DNA of 64,000 nucleotides, taken from the NCBI GenBank assembly GCA_963735035.1, contig CAVTJJ010000006.1, positions 192,001 through 256,000 on the forward strand, read 5' to 3'. This document shows positions 10,689 to 21,458 of the stretch, piece by piece. The notes beneath the pieces were generated by a model, which worked only from the letters and a program-made list of their open reading frames with translations, had not been told where the DNA came from and did no database searches. Source of the DNA: an uncultured candidate division Zixibacteria bacterium. Its GTDB lineage: Bacteria > Zixibacteria > MSB-5A5 > GN15 > FEB-12. The stretch's first letter is position 1, and every line of letters starts with the position of its first letter. The position numbers and the translations under genes were made by a program.

Positions 10689-12902
10689 CTACAATTGCCG
10701 TTCTCTGGAATAACGGAACAAGTCGCCCCTGTGCTCCGCACAGACGATACTGTCAGTCACTCCGGCCTGTGTGGCCAGGCGCTTGAATTCCCGGTAGACA
10801 TATTCGGCATCGATGCCGTGCTCTGGGAAAGTCACGCGGGGATGAAGTTTGTTCAGGGTGTAGATGTCACCGGCACGGACCGCTTCCGGGGTGCCAATAC
10901 TGCAGCCTACTGTCGGCAGAAATGCCAGGTCGATCTTCGGCCAGCGAGCGGCGACCTTGTCGATCTCGGATGTGAAGGCGGCAGGAAGTTCAGGTACTGC
11001 CGCAGCGTGGTCACCGGCCTGGAATATGGTCAATCCGTCGACCTCAACGATGAACCCAACGCCGCCATCTGTGGAACGAATCGCCGATACTTTCATGCCC
11101 GGCAGATCGCTGGACTCCTCCGGGCCGACATAAGTGTAATCGAGCCTTTCCGGCGGGCGATGACCGAATACGTAGCTGATGTTGGGAATCTGCTCCTTCC
11201 AACTGAATATCGTGGTGTCGTAGTGATCACCGTGCTCGTGGGTGGAGAAGACCGTGACCGGCAAGCCGGCAATTTCGGTGGGGTCGACGAACCCATTGGC
11301 AAGTTGTGGCAAATCCGGTCGGGGTTCCGATCCTGTGTAATCGAAAATCAGGAAATGATTCCGTGTCTTGATGCCCCATCCTGAATGTCCGAGGTACCAG
11401 ATGGTAGCTGCACCGTTTCCAAGCGGCTCGGCGAGGACAGTCTTCGCATCATAGATTTCTGTGACCGGGTCGCTCTTGGCGCCATGGGCTCTAAGAACTT
11501 CGATGGACGGCTCCTGACCGTAGCGAGTGGCATAATAAAGCGGTGTGCGGCCGAGGCTGTCCCTGGCGTTGACTGTCGCGCCTCGGTCTATCAGCAATTC
11601 CACGACGTCCTTCTTGCCGGTCATAGCGGCAATATGCAGGGGAGTGCTGAGGCCATAGGCGGCGGTCAGATTCGGATTGGCGCCGGCGTCTAGCAGCATC
11701 CGAGATATGGCTAAGTTGCCCCCCCTGACCGCAGTGTTCAGCGGCGTGCTCCATCCGGGGCTTTGGCAATCGACCCTGGCTCCGCTGAACAAGAGAGTGC
11801 GAACTATGTTCGTGTCGTTCTGACCAGCGGCGAACTGAAGCGGACCGGAAGTGGTGTCGGTCAAGGCATCGACTTTGGATCCGTGCTCAATTAGCCAGCG
11901 AACCATATCGGGTTGACCCCAGATCGCCTGACATATAGGATTCCGGCCGCCGTTATCAGGGGCATTTATGTCGAAGCCTCGGGACAGGAGCATTTCCGCG
12001 ATCGGTATGTCCCCTTTTGCGGCGGCGATGTGCAGCGCATTTTCACCCTGGTCGTTGCGGTATTGCAGGTCGGCGCCCCGGTCGATCAGCAGTTTGGCAA
12101 CTTCGAGGTTGCCGCTCCAGATAGCAGAGTACAAAGCCGTGTGGCCCCACACGCTGGGAGCGTGATTAACATCAGCACCAAGATCCAGTAAGGCCTGTGC
12201 TACCTCCAATTTCCCACTTGATGCCGCCAGCATCAGTGGCGAGAAGCCGTTGCGGTCGGTCTGTTCAAGGTTGGCGCCGGCGGCGACTAACAGCCGCACG
12301 ATGGGCAAGCTGCCATTCATCGCTGCAAAGTGAAGCGGGCTGTAGCCGCCGCCATTGGGGGCGCTGATATCTAATTTCTGGTCCAGAAGGTATCGTACCA
12401 GAGGTTCCGCCCCAATGGAGGCGGCAATGTGCAGGCAGTTGGAGCCTCGGTTGCTGACGTCCGCCAGTGAGGCGCCGTGCTCAACCAGATACTTTACGAG
12501 TTCCAAATTTCCGCCGCGCGCTGCGCCCAATATCGGTGTATTGCCGTTATTGTCACGGGCCTTGAGAGAAGCTCCTCTCTCAACCAATAGGTGGACCGCT
12601 TCGGGCTTATTCAGCATGCACGCAACTATCAGCGGGGTCGTATTCTCGCGATCCCCGGCTTCGATATTGGCACCCTTTGATAAAAGCAGGGCGATTACCG
12701 ACGTTTGTCCTTCGGATGCCGCCAAATGAAGCGGCAAATTCAGGGCAGTGTCAGGTGCGGTCACGAGTGAGGGATTCTGGTCTATCAATTGACCGACTGT
12801 CGCCAAGTCTCCGGCGACGACAGCATCGTGAATCGGGTCTGCAAACAGTTCGGGGGCCAGGCTCAAGACGAGGGCTGCTGCGATAGTGGTGAGGCGAAAC
12901 AT
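10689..12902 (-). CDS. Secreted ankyrin-repeat protein fused to metallo-beta-lactamase-fold domain
   Basis: Signal peptide; more than 10 TPLH/SPLH ankyrin units; YLGHSG, THEHGDH, AGD, PEH. Confidence 0.9.
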   Translation of the reverse strand: MFRLTTIAAALVLSLAPELFADPIHDAVVAGDLATVGQLIDQNPSLVTAPDTALNLPLHLAASEGQTSVIALLLSKGANIEAGDRENTTPLIVACMLNKPEAVHLLVERGASLKARDNNGNTPILGAARGGNLELVKYLVEHGASLADVSNRGSNCLHIAASIGAEPLVRYLLDQKLDISAPNGGGYSPLHFAAMNGSLPIVRLLVAAGANLEQTDRNGFSPLMLAASSGKLEVAQALLDLGADVNHAPSVWGHTALYSAIWSGNLEVAKLLIDRGADLQYRNDQGENALHIAAAKGDIPIAEMLLSRGFDINAPDNGGRNPICQAIWGQPDMVRWLIEHGSKVDALTDTTSGPLQFAAGQNDTNIVRTLLFSGARVDCQSPGWSTPLNTAVRGGNLAISRMLLDAGANPNLTAAYGLSTPLHIAAMTGKKDVVELLIDRGATVNARDSLGRTPLYYATRYGQEPSIEVLRAHGAKSDPVTEIYDAKTVLAEPLGNGAATIWYLGHSGWGIKTRNHFLIFDYTGSEPRPDLPQLANGFVDPTEIAGLPVTVFSTHEHGDHYDTTIFSWKEQIPNISYVFGHRPPERLDYTYVGPEESSDLPGMKVSAIRSTDGGVGFIVEVDGLTIFQAGDHAAAVPELPAAFTSEIDKVAARWPKIDLAFLPTVGCSIGTPEAVRAGDIYTLNKLHPRVTFPEHGIDAEYVYREFKRLATQAGVTDSIVCAEHRGDLFRYSRERQL

Positions 12903-13078
12903 GTCATTCTCCTTAGGTGTCTATCCCAATCGTTGCGACAAAGAGATGGGCCGTGTGCGGTGAAGGCCGGGCCCTCTCTTAATATGTCTAACGGACCAGC
13001 GTGGAGAATCTTACAACGAAATCGACCAAACAGAGAGAATCAATGAAAGTCGTTTTGAGAATGGCAACTGAGCCGCGT

Positions 13079-13519
13079 TCAGCCCTCGAAATCGCCCAGC
13101 TTGGTCTTGTCCCAATCTTCGCCCAGGATTATCCGTCCTTCCTGCGAGGCATCGCGCGCAAATTCCTGGGGAACAAACAGGGTAATGGCGCCTTCGATCG
13201 GGGGAGTTGATGACATACCCAGGCTGGACCGGCCGAAATTTCCCGTATGGTCACTCAGAACCGCCGGGATGTCCTTGGACAGCAGCGCTTCCAGGACCAT
13301 GTCGGCGTACTGGGTCGACGAGAACCGGGCCAGCGGCACCCAGTTGTCGTAGCTCTCCATGGTGTCCGGTTCCTGAGGTTCTTCCCAGACTTCGGGTCCA
13401 CCGGATTCTTGAAATACTTCCGGCTCCAACGGAAGAGTCGGCACCAGTTTGACCTCACAGTCGGGGCACTCGCTGACAATGGGAAGATACTCGTAACGAC
13501 ACTTGGGACAGAACGGCAT
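13079..13519 (-). CDS. Zinc-ribbon plus DUF2007-like putative signal-transducing protein
   Basis: MPFCPKC..ECPDC..LV; ADMVLEALLSKDIPA..LFVP. Confidence 0.75.
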   Translation of the reverse strand: MPFCPKCRYEYLPIVSECPDCEVKLVPTLPLEPEVFQESGGPEVWEEPQEPDTMESYDNWVPLARFSSTQYADMVLEALLSKDIPAVLSDHTGNFGRSSLGMSSTPPIEGAITLFVPQEFARDASQEGRIILGEDWDKTKLGDFEG

Positions 13520-13600
13520 ATGCACCCCTTTCCGCCAGGGTTACCAGTGACAGGTTTCAAGTACCATATATGGAGTACTCACTCGATTGTCAACTTATTC

Positions 13601-13634
13601 TACGAGCCGGCAGATGTGGGCATCTGCCGGGCAC
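13601..13634 (+). repeat. REP-like family A palindrome CCGGCAGATGTGG(G/A)CATCTGCCGGGCAC
   Basis: Exact 34-nt reverse-complement copy at 40701-40734; further copies at 32329-32357 and 49535-49561. Confidence 0.85.
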
Positions 13635-13765
13635 TATATCTCATACTGCAGCCGGTCCGCCACGGCGGATCACCGTCTGCCGCTTTCCTCAAACACCTTG
13701 CCGAAGGGTAATCCAGTGGGTAAGTTGGAGGGGATCGGTAGGTGTTCAAATAAGAAGGTAGTCTT

Positions 13766-14560
13766 GTGAAGATCGGCTTCATACAAACCAGCCCGGTGTT
13801 AGGACAGACAGATCAGAATCTCGCGCGAATTGAGGAACTGATTCGTCAGACTGAAGGCGCTGATCTGCTCGTTCTGCCCGAATTGTGCCACTGTGGTTAT
13901 CGATTTGAATCGCGGCAAGAAGCCTGGGCGTTGTCCGAGACCGTCGCCGACAGCCGAATTGTTCACCTGCTACACGCTTTGTGCAAGGAACGCCACCTGC
14001 ACCTAGTCGTCGGGTTGAATGAACGAGAGGGCGACAAGCTCTACAATACGGCGGTGCTGATAGGACCAAGTGGCCTGATGGGCAAGTATCGCAAGATGCA
14101 TTTGTATTTGAATGAAAAGGACATTTTCGAGCCCGGCAATCTGGGGTTGCCCATATATGACATCGGTTTGTGTCGAATCGGGATGCTGATATGTTTCGAT
14201 TGGAGGTTCCCCGAAGTCTGGCGGATTCTGGCCCTCAAGGGAGCCGACATTATCTGTCACCCTTCGAATCTGGTAACACCTGGTCTTTGCCAGAAGACGC
14301 TTCCGGCGCATGCACTCTGCAATCTGGTGTATGTGATAACGGCGAACCGGATCGGGACCGAACGCGATCTGACTTTTACGGGTCTATCAACTATGGTTGA
14401 TCCCAGAGGCAACGTGCTGTTGCAGGCGTCGCCCGACCGTGAAGAAATCGGGCTGGTCGAGATTGATCCTGCCATATCTCGTAATAAACAGACCACTCCT
14501 CGCAATAATTTGTTTAATGACCGTCGCCCCGGCGATTACGGAGAACTGTTGAAAATGTAG
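13766..14560 (+). CDS. Carbon-nitrogen hydrolase (nitrilase family)
   Basis: LPE, YRKMHL, ICFDW (Glu-Lys-Cys triad), ANRIG. Confidence 0.92.
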   Translation: MKIGFIQTSPVLGQTDQNLARIEELIRQTEGADLLVLPELCHCGYRFESRQEAWALSETVADSRIVHLLHALCKERHLHLVVGLNEREGDKLYNTAVLIGPSGLMGKYRKMHLYLNEKDIFEPGNLGLPIYDIGLCRIGMLICFDWRFPEVWRILALKGADIICHPSNLVTPGLCQKTLPAHALCNLVYVITANRIGTERDLTFTGLSTMVDPRGNVLLQASPDREEIGLVEIDPAISRNKQTTPRNNLFNDRRPGDYGELLKM

Positions 14561-14593
14561 TAGTGGTAGGTCGGGATCCTGGCTGTCCCGACG

Positions 14594-16418
14594 GTGAAAT
14601 ATGATATGAAATTCCTTCCGACTACATCCGACGAATTAAGACAGCTTGGCTGGAATGAACTGGATATCATTCTGGTTACTGGCGACGCCTATATCGACAG
14701 CCCGTTTATGGGCGTGGCTACAATCGGCCGGGTGCTGGCGAAAGCCGGATTTCGTGTCGGTATTATCGCCCAGCCCGACATCAACTCAGAGAAGGATATC
14801 ACCCGCCTTGGCGAGCCGCGTCTCTTCTGGGGGGTAAGCGGAGGATCGATTGACTCGATGGTCGCCAACTACACCGCGACCAAGAAGAAACGCCGCTCCG
14901 ATGACTACACGCCGGGTGGAATTAATGACCGCCGTCCGGACCGTGCTCTGATCGTCTATAGTAATTTGATCCGACGTTATTTCAAGCAGACCCGACCGAT
15001 TGTTCTCGGCGGGGTCGAGGCGAGCATGCGACGCATCGCGCACTATGACTATTGGTCAGACAACGTGCGCAAGTCGGTCCTGTTCGACGCCAAGGCTGAG
15101 TTTTTGGTCTACGGCATGGGGGAGAGAGCGGTAGTCGAATTAGCCCAAGCAATAGACCGCAAACAGGATCCGTCGGGCTTGCGCGGGCTGTGCTATCGTC
15201 TCGAGTCAACAACCGACCGGTTGCGAAGAACTGCCTTCGTATGAGCAGGTAGCGGTCGACAAGCTGGCGTTTATCGATATGTTCAAGCAGTTCTATCTCA
15301 ATAACGACTCGATTACGTCCCATACACTTTGTCAGAAGCAGGATACTCGATATCTCGTTCAGAATCCGCCCGCGATACCATTGTCGACGAAAGAGCTGGA
15401 TGCTGTCCACGAACTCGATTTCACCGGCGATGTTCACCCGTACTATGCCCGTCAGGGTGAAGTCAAAGCGCTCGAAACGATTCGATTCGCACTGACGACC
15501 CACCGTGGCTGCTACGGCGAATGTAATTTCTGCTCGATCACGGTTCATCAGGGACGCACGGTCCAATGGCGCAGCGAAGAATCGATTGTCAACGAGGCGC
15601 GACGCCTGGCCAGTTTGCCCGATTTCAAAGGTTACATTAGCGATGTCGGCGGGCCGACCGCCAACATGTACGGTTTCGAGTGCGATAAGAAGCTCGCCGA
15701 AGGAGCGTGTCCACACAAGCGCTGTATCTATCCGAAGGTCTGCAAGGACCTAAAGGTCGATCACAGTCGGCAAACACGGCTGCTTACCCGATTGCGGAAG
15801 ATTCCCAGAGTCAAGAAGGTGTTTGTCGCGTCGGGTGTTCGACATGATCTGGTACTGGCCGACCATGGCCACGGGCTCGTGTACATGAAGGAGATGGTGG
15901 GTCATCACGTGTCGGGTCAGATGAAGATTGCGCCGGAGCATACTGAAGCCCGGGTGCTGAAGAAAATGGGGAAGCCGTCGCAGGAATCACTCGTCGGATT
16001 TGCCAATCTGTTCTACGAACTCTCCCACAAAGCGGACAAACAGCAGTTCCTGACCTACTACCTGATTGCCGCGCACCCCGGCTGTACGCTGGAAGACATG
16101 CAAGCGCTCAAGAACTACACCCAGGGGAAACTCCGTATCAACCCGGAGCAGGTACAGGTGTACACACCGCTGCCATCAACGTATTCCGCCCTTATGTACT
16201 ACACCGAGATTGACCCGATTTCAGGAAAGCGGTTGTTTGTTGAGAAGAATATGGCCGGCAAGGAAGAGCAGAAGAATGTTTTGACCGCCAAGCCTGTCAG
16301 ACCACGACCAACCCGACCGGCTAAAGCTGTCGTCAAACGTGCTCCGGCCGAGCGCGGGGTAAAGCCGCGCGGACCTCGTACCGCACTTCGCCGCGGCGGA
16401 AAGAAACATGATCGCTAA
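14594..16418 (+). pseudogene. ygiQ: YgiQ/UPF0313 radical SAM protein split by +1 frameshift near 15197
   Basis: VTGDAYIDSP..RRIAHYDYW in frame 2; LPSYEQV, RGCYGECNFC, DVGGPTANMY, APEH, AAHPG in frame 3. Confidence 0.85.
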
Positions 16419-16492
16419 GTTCAGTATAGTCAAACGATTACATATGGCATTGTCGTATCATCTCATGAACTAAGGTGCGATGGAGGTGTATT

Positions 16493-17218
16493 ATGGCAAC
16501 GAAGACCAAACGAGCAGGCAAGGCGGGCAAGAAGGCAGCTCGCCCGTCGAAAAAGACCACAAACACGGCAAAGAAACGCAAGGTGCCGGTGAAGGCGAAA
16601 AGCGCCAAGACGGTCAAGCGTCTGGTGCGGAGCGCGGCGAAGCCCAAGACGCTCAGCGTCGGACGGCAAATCATGGCGCTCGAGGAGAAAATTCGGGAAG
16701 AAAAGACCGAGCTGGCGGCGCTTCGCAAGAAGCTGAAACCGGTCGAAGTGCCTGACTATGTCTTCAAAGCCCACGACGGCTCCGAGGTCAAACTCTCGGA
16801 GATGTTCGGCTCGCGTAAAGACCTAATCATGGTTCACAACATGGGGAAGGGATGTCCGTACTGCACGCTCTGGGCGGATGGATTTGTAGGATTCACCAAG
16901 CATCTGGAGAACCGGACGCCGTTTGTCGTGGTCTCCAAAGACCCGGTTGACGTTCAGCGCGATTTCTACAATAGCCGGGGATGGAATTTCCGGATGTACT
17001 CGTCGCACGGGACGACGTTTAATCGTGACGTGCAATTCGAGACTGAAACCGGCGGACAGATGCCCGGCGTGTCGGCATTCTTCAAGGACGATAATGGGCG
17101 AATCTTCCGGGCGGCGTATACCTATTTCGGCCCGGGGGACGATTTCTGTTCCATCTGGCCCATGCTCAGTCTATTGAAAGACGGCCAGGCGGGCTGGGAA
17201 CCGAAATACCAATATTAG
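16493..17218 (+). CDS. DUF899 thioredoxin-like protein with Lys/Ala-rich N-terminal extension
   Basis: GGAGGT SD; CPYCTLWADG, RGWNF..SSHG, PGVSAF, WEPKYQY. Confidence 0.85.
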   Translation: MATKTKRAGKAGKKAARPSKKTTNTAKKRKVPVKAKSAKTVKRLVRSAAKPKTLSVGRQIMALEEKIREEKTELAALRKKLKPVEVPDYVFKAHDGSEVKLSEMFGSRKDLIMVHNMGKGCPYCTLWADGFVGFTKHLENRTPFVVVSKDPVDVQRDFYNSRGWNFRMYSSHGTTFNRDVQFETETGGQMPGVSAFFKDDNGRIFRAAYTYFGPGDDFCSIWPMLSLLKDGQAGWEPKYQY

Positions 17219-17238
17219 GTTGGTGTGACCCGCGAAGA

Positions 17239-18036
17239 CTAGTCTTTCGGAACCGGGAAGGGTATCCATTCCTTTGTACTGTCGTTCCACCTGTATTGCA
17301 TAGACGGATCTTTTCGATAGGTGCCAGCGTCAAACGGGGCCGTCTCTGTTTCAATATTCAAAATCACGATTTCATTAGCTTTCAAGTCTTTGCCAGTCAG
17401 TTGAGGTAGCGCAGTGTGGCCGCAGAAGTCGTACATTGCGGGTATATTCCATTCTTCAATACCGTTGTAATCACCTTTAACAGTTGGCATACGAATCCCT
17501 ACGGTTATGTCCGATCTTTGCTCCTGCACTATGGTATGAGTCTTGATCTTAATTCTTGCGTGGATCGCTGTGTGATTCTTTATGCGAATCCAGATATGGT
17601 CTAACGTGGAGCGTAATTGCGTTGAGGTGCTAAGTTGCACAGTTACGGCTGGACGTGTGATGATGGCATTATGGTCTCGAGTAGCGGCAGCGATCTCGAT
17701 GGTTTTCTTGACATACACATATAGACCGCCTACGCCAGCCAAGGTTAGAAGTAGGTACACGATTTCATACGGACTAAGCTTTCCCTTGACGGCGAGGATC
17801 ACAATAATCGTGAAGGTAATTCCCACGGCACAAGTAATGAACTTGCTAATATTGGCGAGCCAGTATGACGAAGATTTGCTGAGACTTAACAACATACCGA
17901 CAGCACCGAGAACGATTACGCCAATCCATAAGTTCTTATGACCAAACAGGTCTACATAGGACGCTACAGCTCCGAGGATTACTACACAAAGACTAACCAT
18001 CGGATACCAGAATCTTTTTTCAAACCTCATATACAT
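17239..18036 (-). CDS. Hypothetical membrane protein (4 TM plus soluble C-terminal domain)
   Basis: GGAG upstream; hydrophobic N-terminal half; visibly AT-richer than neighbours. Confidence 0.7.
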   Translation of the reverse strand: MYMRFEKRFWYPMVSLCVVILGAVASYVDLFGHKNLWIGVIVLGAVGMLLSLSKSSSYWLANISKFITCAVGITFTIIVILAVKGKLSPYEIVYLLLTLAGVGGLYVYVKKTIEIAAATRDHNAIITRPAVTVQLSTSTQLRSTLDHIWIRIKNHTAIHARIKIKTHTIVQEQRSDITVGIRMPTVKGDYNGIEEWNIPAMYDFCGHTALPQLTGKDLKANEIVILNIETETAPFDAGTYRKDPSMQYRWNDSTKEWIPFPVPKD

Positions 18037-18189
18037 ATCTCCCGAAGAATTGGGCGAGCTTTAGTTAATTTGACCCCTGGAGTTAGTCCGTTGTCCTATC
18101 GGTAGCTCGCCATCTTTTGGTCGATTTCTCCACCTCGGCTCAAATATGAACCTTCCCGGGTCAGGCAGATGCTGCCCTCCGGATTAGTC

Positions 18190-18263
18190 TACCCCCGACA
18201 GGACTCGAACCTGTGACCCTCTGCTTCGAAGGCAGATGCTCTATCCAGCTGAGCTACGGGGGC
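18190..18263 (-). tRNA. tRNA-Arg (anticodon UCG)
   Basis: GCCCCCG TAGCTCAGCTGGATAGAGCA TCTGC CTTCGAA GCAGA GGGTC ACAGG TTCGAGT CCTGT CGGGGGT A; CCA not encoded. Confidence 0.95.
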
Positions 18264-18520
18264 GTTGATTGCCGTCGTGCCCTGATACAGACTAACCGCC
18301 GTATGATCAGGACTGCAGATCTATTATAGGCTTCTAACGATACTCGTGGAAAGTCCTTTTTGCAGTCTGTTTGGGTCAGAACTTGCCCTGTAAGAGCAGT
18401 CTTGCAGGCACCTGGCGTTCCCGAGAACGTATACAATCAACTCCAGCCTGCAGGTAATCTGCCGATAAATGGCATAGAGGCGGGTCCACCCGGGTATCAA
18501 ATGCCAGTAGGGAAAGCGAA

Positions 18521-18943
18521 ATGTCACAAAATACAACGAAGCGTCATTCGATTTTGATTGTGGATGACGAAACCTCTGTCCTGAAGGCTTTGAAACGGCT
18601 ACTCAGTGACGAGGACTACAATGTATATACGGCGGGTAATTACAGAGAGACCATGGAGTTGTTGACCAAACACACATTCTCGGTCGTCATAACCGATTTC
18701 AAAATGCCCGGCATTTGCGGTGACGACCTCCTTGATGTTATCAAGGCCAGGTCTCCACAGACCATTCGCGTCATGCTGTCCGGCGCTTCCGATACCAAGT
18801 CGGTACCGTCGACAATTGCGGACGGCATTCTGCATTGCCAATTGTTCATAGGCAAACCCTGGAATGACGACGAGTTGCTAAGCACTATTAGGAAATGTGT
18901 CTCAGAATACGAGAGCAGCGAAAAGATTCGCTCCACCACATAA
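18521..18943 (+). CDS. Single-domain response regulator
   Basis: ILIVDDE, ITDFKMP, MLSG, KPW. Confidence 0.9.
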   Translation: MSQNTTKRHSILIVDDETSVLKALKRLLSDEDYNVYTAGNYRETMELLTKHTFSVVITDFKMPGICGDDLLDVIKARSPQTIRVMLSGASDTKSVPSTIADGILHCQLFIGKPWNDDELLSTIRKCVSEYESSEKIRSTT

Positions 18944-19052
18944 TCCAATCCTACAGGTGGATCCGCTGATCATAGGATCATAACTCGTCCTATCCAAATC
19001 CGAACTGCGTTCGGAAATCAGCATTTGCGAGCAAAGATAGATGTCCTGGCAG

Positions 19053-20231
19053 TCAGCGGTTAGTACCGACCGGAACTGTCTTCGAATCAGCCAATTCCGC
19101 TGAAACGGTCTGAACCGGAATATGCACACTGAATGTCGTGCCCACTCCGGGTGAACTCTCGACCTTGACAAATCCGCCCTTGTCCCTCACGATTCGGTCT
19201 ACGACCGATAGCCCTATACCTGTTCCCTGGCTCTTAGTGGTGAAGAACGGTTCGAAGATGTGTGGCAGCGCCTCGGGGCTGATTCCGCACCCGGTGTCAC
19301 CCACTGTGACCACGACAAAGTGACCGGGCGCCACCGTTTCGGCGTCGGCTTCGTCGAGGCTGAGGGTTCTCTCGCTGACCTGCACAGTCAGAGTCCCGGC
19401 CTTGTCCATCGCATGTACTGCGTTTATGAGCAGATTCATCAAGACCTGATGCAGCGAAGACGCCTTCACCTCGGCGTGTAATCGCAATTCCGGGTTGGTC
19501 CACTCGACGGCAATATCTTTTGGAACGAGAACTTTGAGCAAATCGAGGCTTTCCTCTACCACGGCACCGGCGTCGCTGGATTGCGCCTCTGCGGAGCTGT
19601 GGCGACCGAGATCGCGAATCTGCCTGACGAGGTGGGCGGCATGCCGGGCGGCCTGGATTACTCTTTGGAGCTGAGGGTTAATGTCCGGATTATCGGTCTT
19701 ATTCATGACCAATTCGGCGTTGCCTACGATGGCGGACATGATATTGTTCAAATCATGAGCCGCCTGGCTCGCCAGGATTCCCGCGATCTCCATTTTCTGC
19801 GCCTGGACGATCTGGGCGGTCAGAATGTCATTCTGTCTGGCAAGTTGGTCATGATAGGCTTTCAGGCGCATAACGTTCCGCAGACGGGCACAGAGTTCGG
19901 TTGGGTCGGCAGGTTTGCTGACGAATTCCGAAGCGCCGAGATCCAGCGCGACGTTCTTGACGGATGATTCGTCGCTGCCGGTCAACATGATTACCGGAAT
20001 GTGCTGCGTGGCTGGATTCGCTTTCAAACGGGTAAGAAGCTCGACCCCGTCCATTCCGGGCATCCGCACGTCGGTGACCACGACATCGATACCACCGCGC
20101 ATAACGCGTTCAAGAGCCGCCTCAGCGGAACCAGCCGTTTCGGTCTCGGCCTCTAAGGAATATGAGCGCACCATGCGCTGAAGACTCCGGGGGATCGAAG
20201 GCTCATCATCCACGAACAATATTCGGTGCAT
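19053..20231 (-). CDS. Receiver-histidine kinase hybrid
   Basis: REC domain (VDDE, TDVRMP, KP); AHDLNN, NLLINA, DTGCG, FEPFFTTK, GTGIGL. Confidence 0.92.
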   Translation of the reverse strand: MHRILFVDDEPSIPRSLQRMVRSYSLEAETETAGSAEAALERVMRGGIDVVVTDVRMPGMDGVELLTRLKANPATQHIPVIMLTGSDESSVKNVALDLGASEFVSKPADPTELCARLRNVMRLKAYHDQLARQNDILTAQIVQAQKMEIAGILASQAAHDLNNIMSAIVGNAELVMNKTDNPDINPQLQRVIQAARHAAHLVRQIRDLGRHSSAEAQSSDAGAVVEESLDLLKVLVPKDIAVEWTNPELRLHAEVKASSLHQVLMNLLINAVHAMDKAGTLTVQVSERTLSLDEADAETVAPGHFVVVTVGDTGCGISPEALPHIFEPFFTTKSQGTGIGLSVVDRIVRDKGGFVKVESSPGVGTTFSVHIPVQTVSAELADSKTVPVGTNR

Positions 20232-20305
20232 GTCGCACGTCTCCTTGTTTTGCTCAATCACATCTGGACTGCTGTTGCTTGATCCGTGTTCGGTCGACGC
20301 GTTGT

Positions 20306-21163
20306 TCAGTGCGTATCCAGAATTGCGCGCTGAGCTTCTTCAACGTCATCCAGCGCCCGCCGGAGAGCGGTCTCCAGGTGGCTCATGTCAAGTCCGAGCG
20401 TTTCCAACGCCTGGGGATCGAACTCCGTCACGAAATACCGACCGCTGTTGCCGATCTGCATTGCATGACAAAGAGTGTCAGCAATATTGATAGTCGCTAC
20501 CAGGCGGCGATGTTTTGTCGCCAGCCCCGGAGTATGGTGATACCGGATCGCCGTCGTTACGCCGTCCGGGAAACGCCACTTCTCTGCCAATTGTGCACCA
20601 AGCTGCTGATGATCGACTCCGAAGAATTTCTTTTCCCGGCTTATATCGTAGGCCACCACGCCGTCGGCGAGGAAAGCCGAGAAGCGTTGCGGATCGGCTT
20701 TCAGCATCAACAGACGGCCGATATCGTGAAGGATTCCCGACGAGAGCGCTTCGCCCTGAACATCGGAATTCTCTCCCGACATCAGACGTTTGGCCAGAAT
20801 ACCCACGCCAAAAGAGTGTCGCCAGAAGTCGTTGGCATTAAGAACGGAACTGCCGGAGCCGAGGGCGTGAAGTACGGAGGTCGCCAGAAGCAACTGGTGG
20901 ACCGCGTTGAGACCGAGCATCGTGACGGCTTCTTCCACCGAGGTGACCTGACGGGCAAATCCGTAGAACGGCGAATTGACCAATTTCAATATCCGTGCTG
21001 TGAACGCCTGATCGGTCTTGACAATATCCGCTATCTCGTGGCCGCTGCTGGCATCCGAGGAGATCAGGGAATAGAGCCGCTGGACCACAAATGGCGGGGA
21101 AGGCAGATCGATGCGCTTCTGCAGGATCATTACAGCATTTTTGTCTACTGATTCTGTTGGCAT
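20306..21163 (-). CDS. HDOD domain protein
   Basis: LPSPP, ILKLVNSPFYG, FWRHS, LHDIG, W-x-FP..AIRYHH. Confidence 0.92.
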   Translation of the reverse strand: MPTESVDKNAVMILQKRIDLPSPPFVVQRLYSLISSDASSGHEIADIVKTDQAFTARILKLVNSPFYGFARQVTSVEEAVTMLGLNAVHQLLLATSVLHALGSGSSVLNANDFWRHSFGVGILAKRLMSGENSDVQGEALSSGILHDIGRLLMLKADPQRFSAFLADGVVAYDISREKKFFGVDHQQLGAQLAEKWRFPDGVTTAIRYHHTPGLATKHRRLVATINIADTLCHAMQIGNSGRYFVTEFDPQALETLGLDMSHLETALRRALDDVEEAQRAILDTH

Positions 21164-21330
21164 GTGTCCCTCTCCCGGATTCTGTCGGCATGCACTTTCT
21201 TGACTATGGCTGCGATCTCTTGTATCTGGTCATGATGTAGCACCATGGCCAGGCACCGATCTACCCGTTCATCGAAATCGTCCTTTGGTCCCGTTGGAGT
21301 TGTTACCGGAATCGAATCAGTTTCTGTCAT
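21145..21330 (-). CDS. Small hypothetical protein coupled to HDOD gene
   Basis: GGAGG SD; 61 aa; overlaps HDOD start. Confidence 0.5.
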   Translation of the reverse strand: MTETDSIPVTTPTGPKDDFDERVDRCLAMVLHHDQIQEIAAIVKKVHADRIRERDTCQQNQ

Positions 21331-21458
21331 ACAGCCTCCCACAAGCGGGTCCGCACGATTACTATGCAGTAGTCTACTTCACCGATCGTAACGTACGCCG
21401 CTCAAAATCCCTTTTCACCAGCTCCTACCGTTATCATTGTCGCCCCAGGCGTCTCTTG

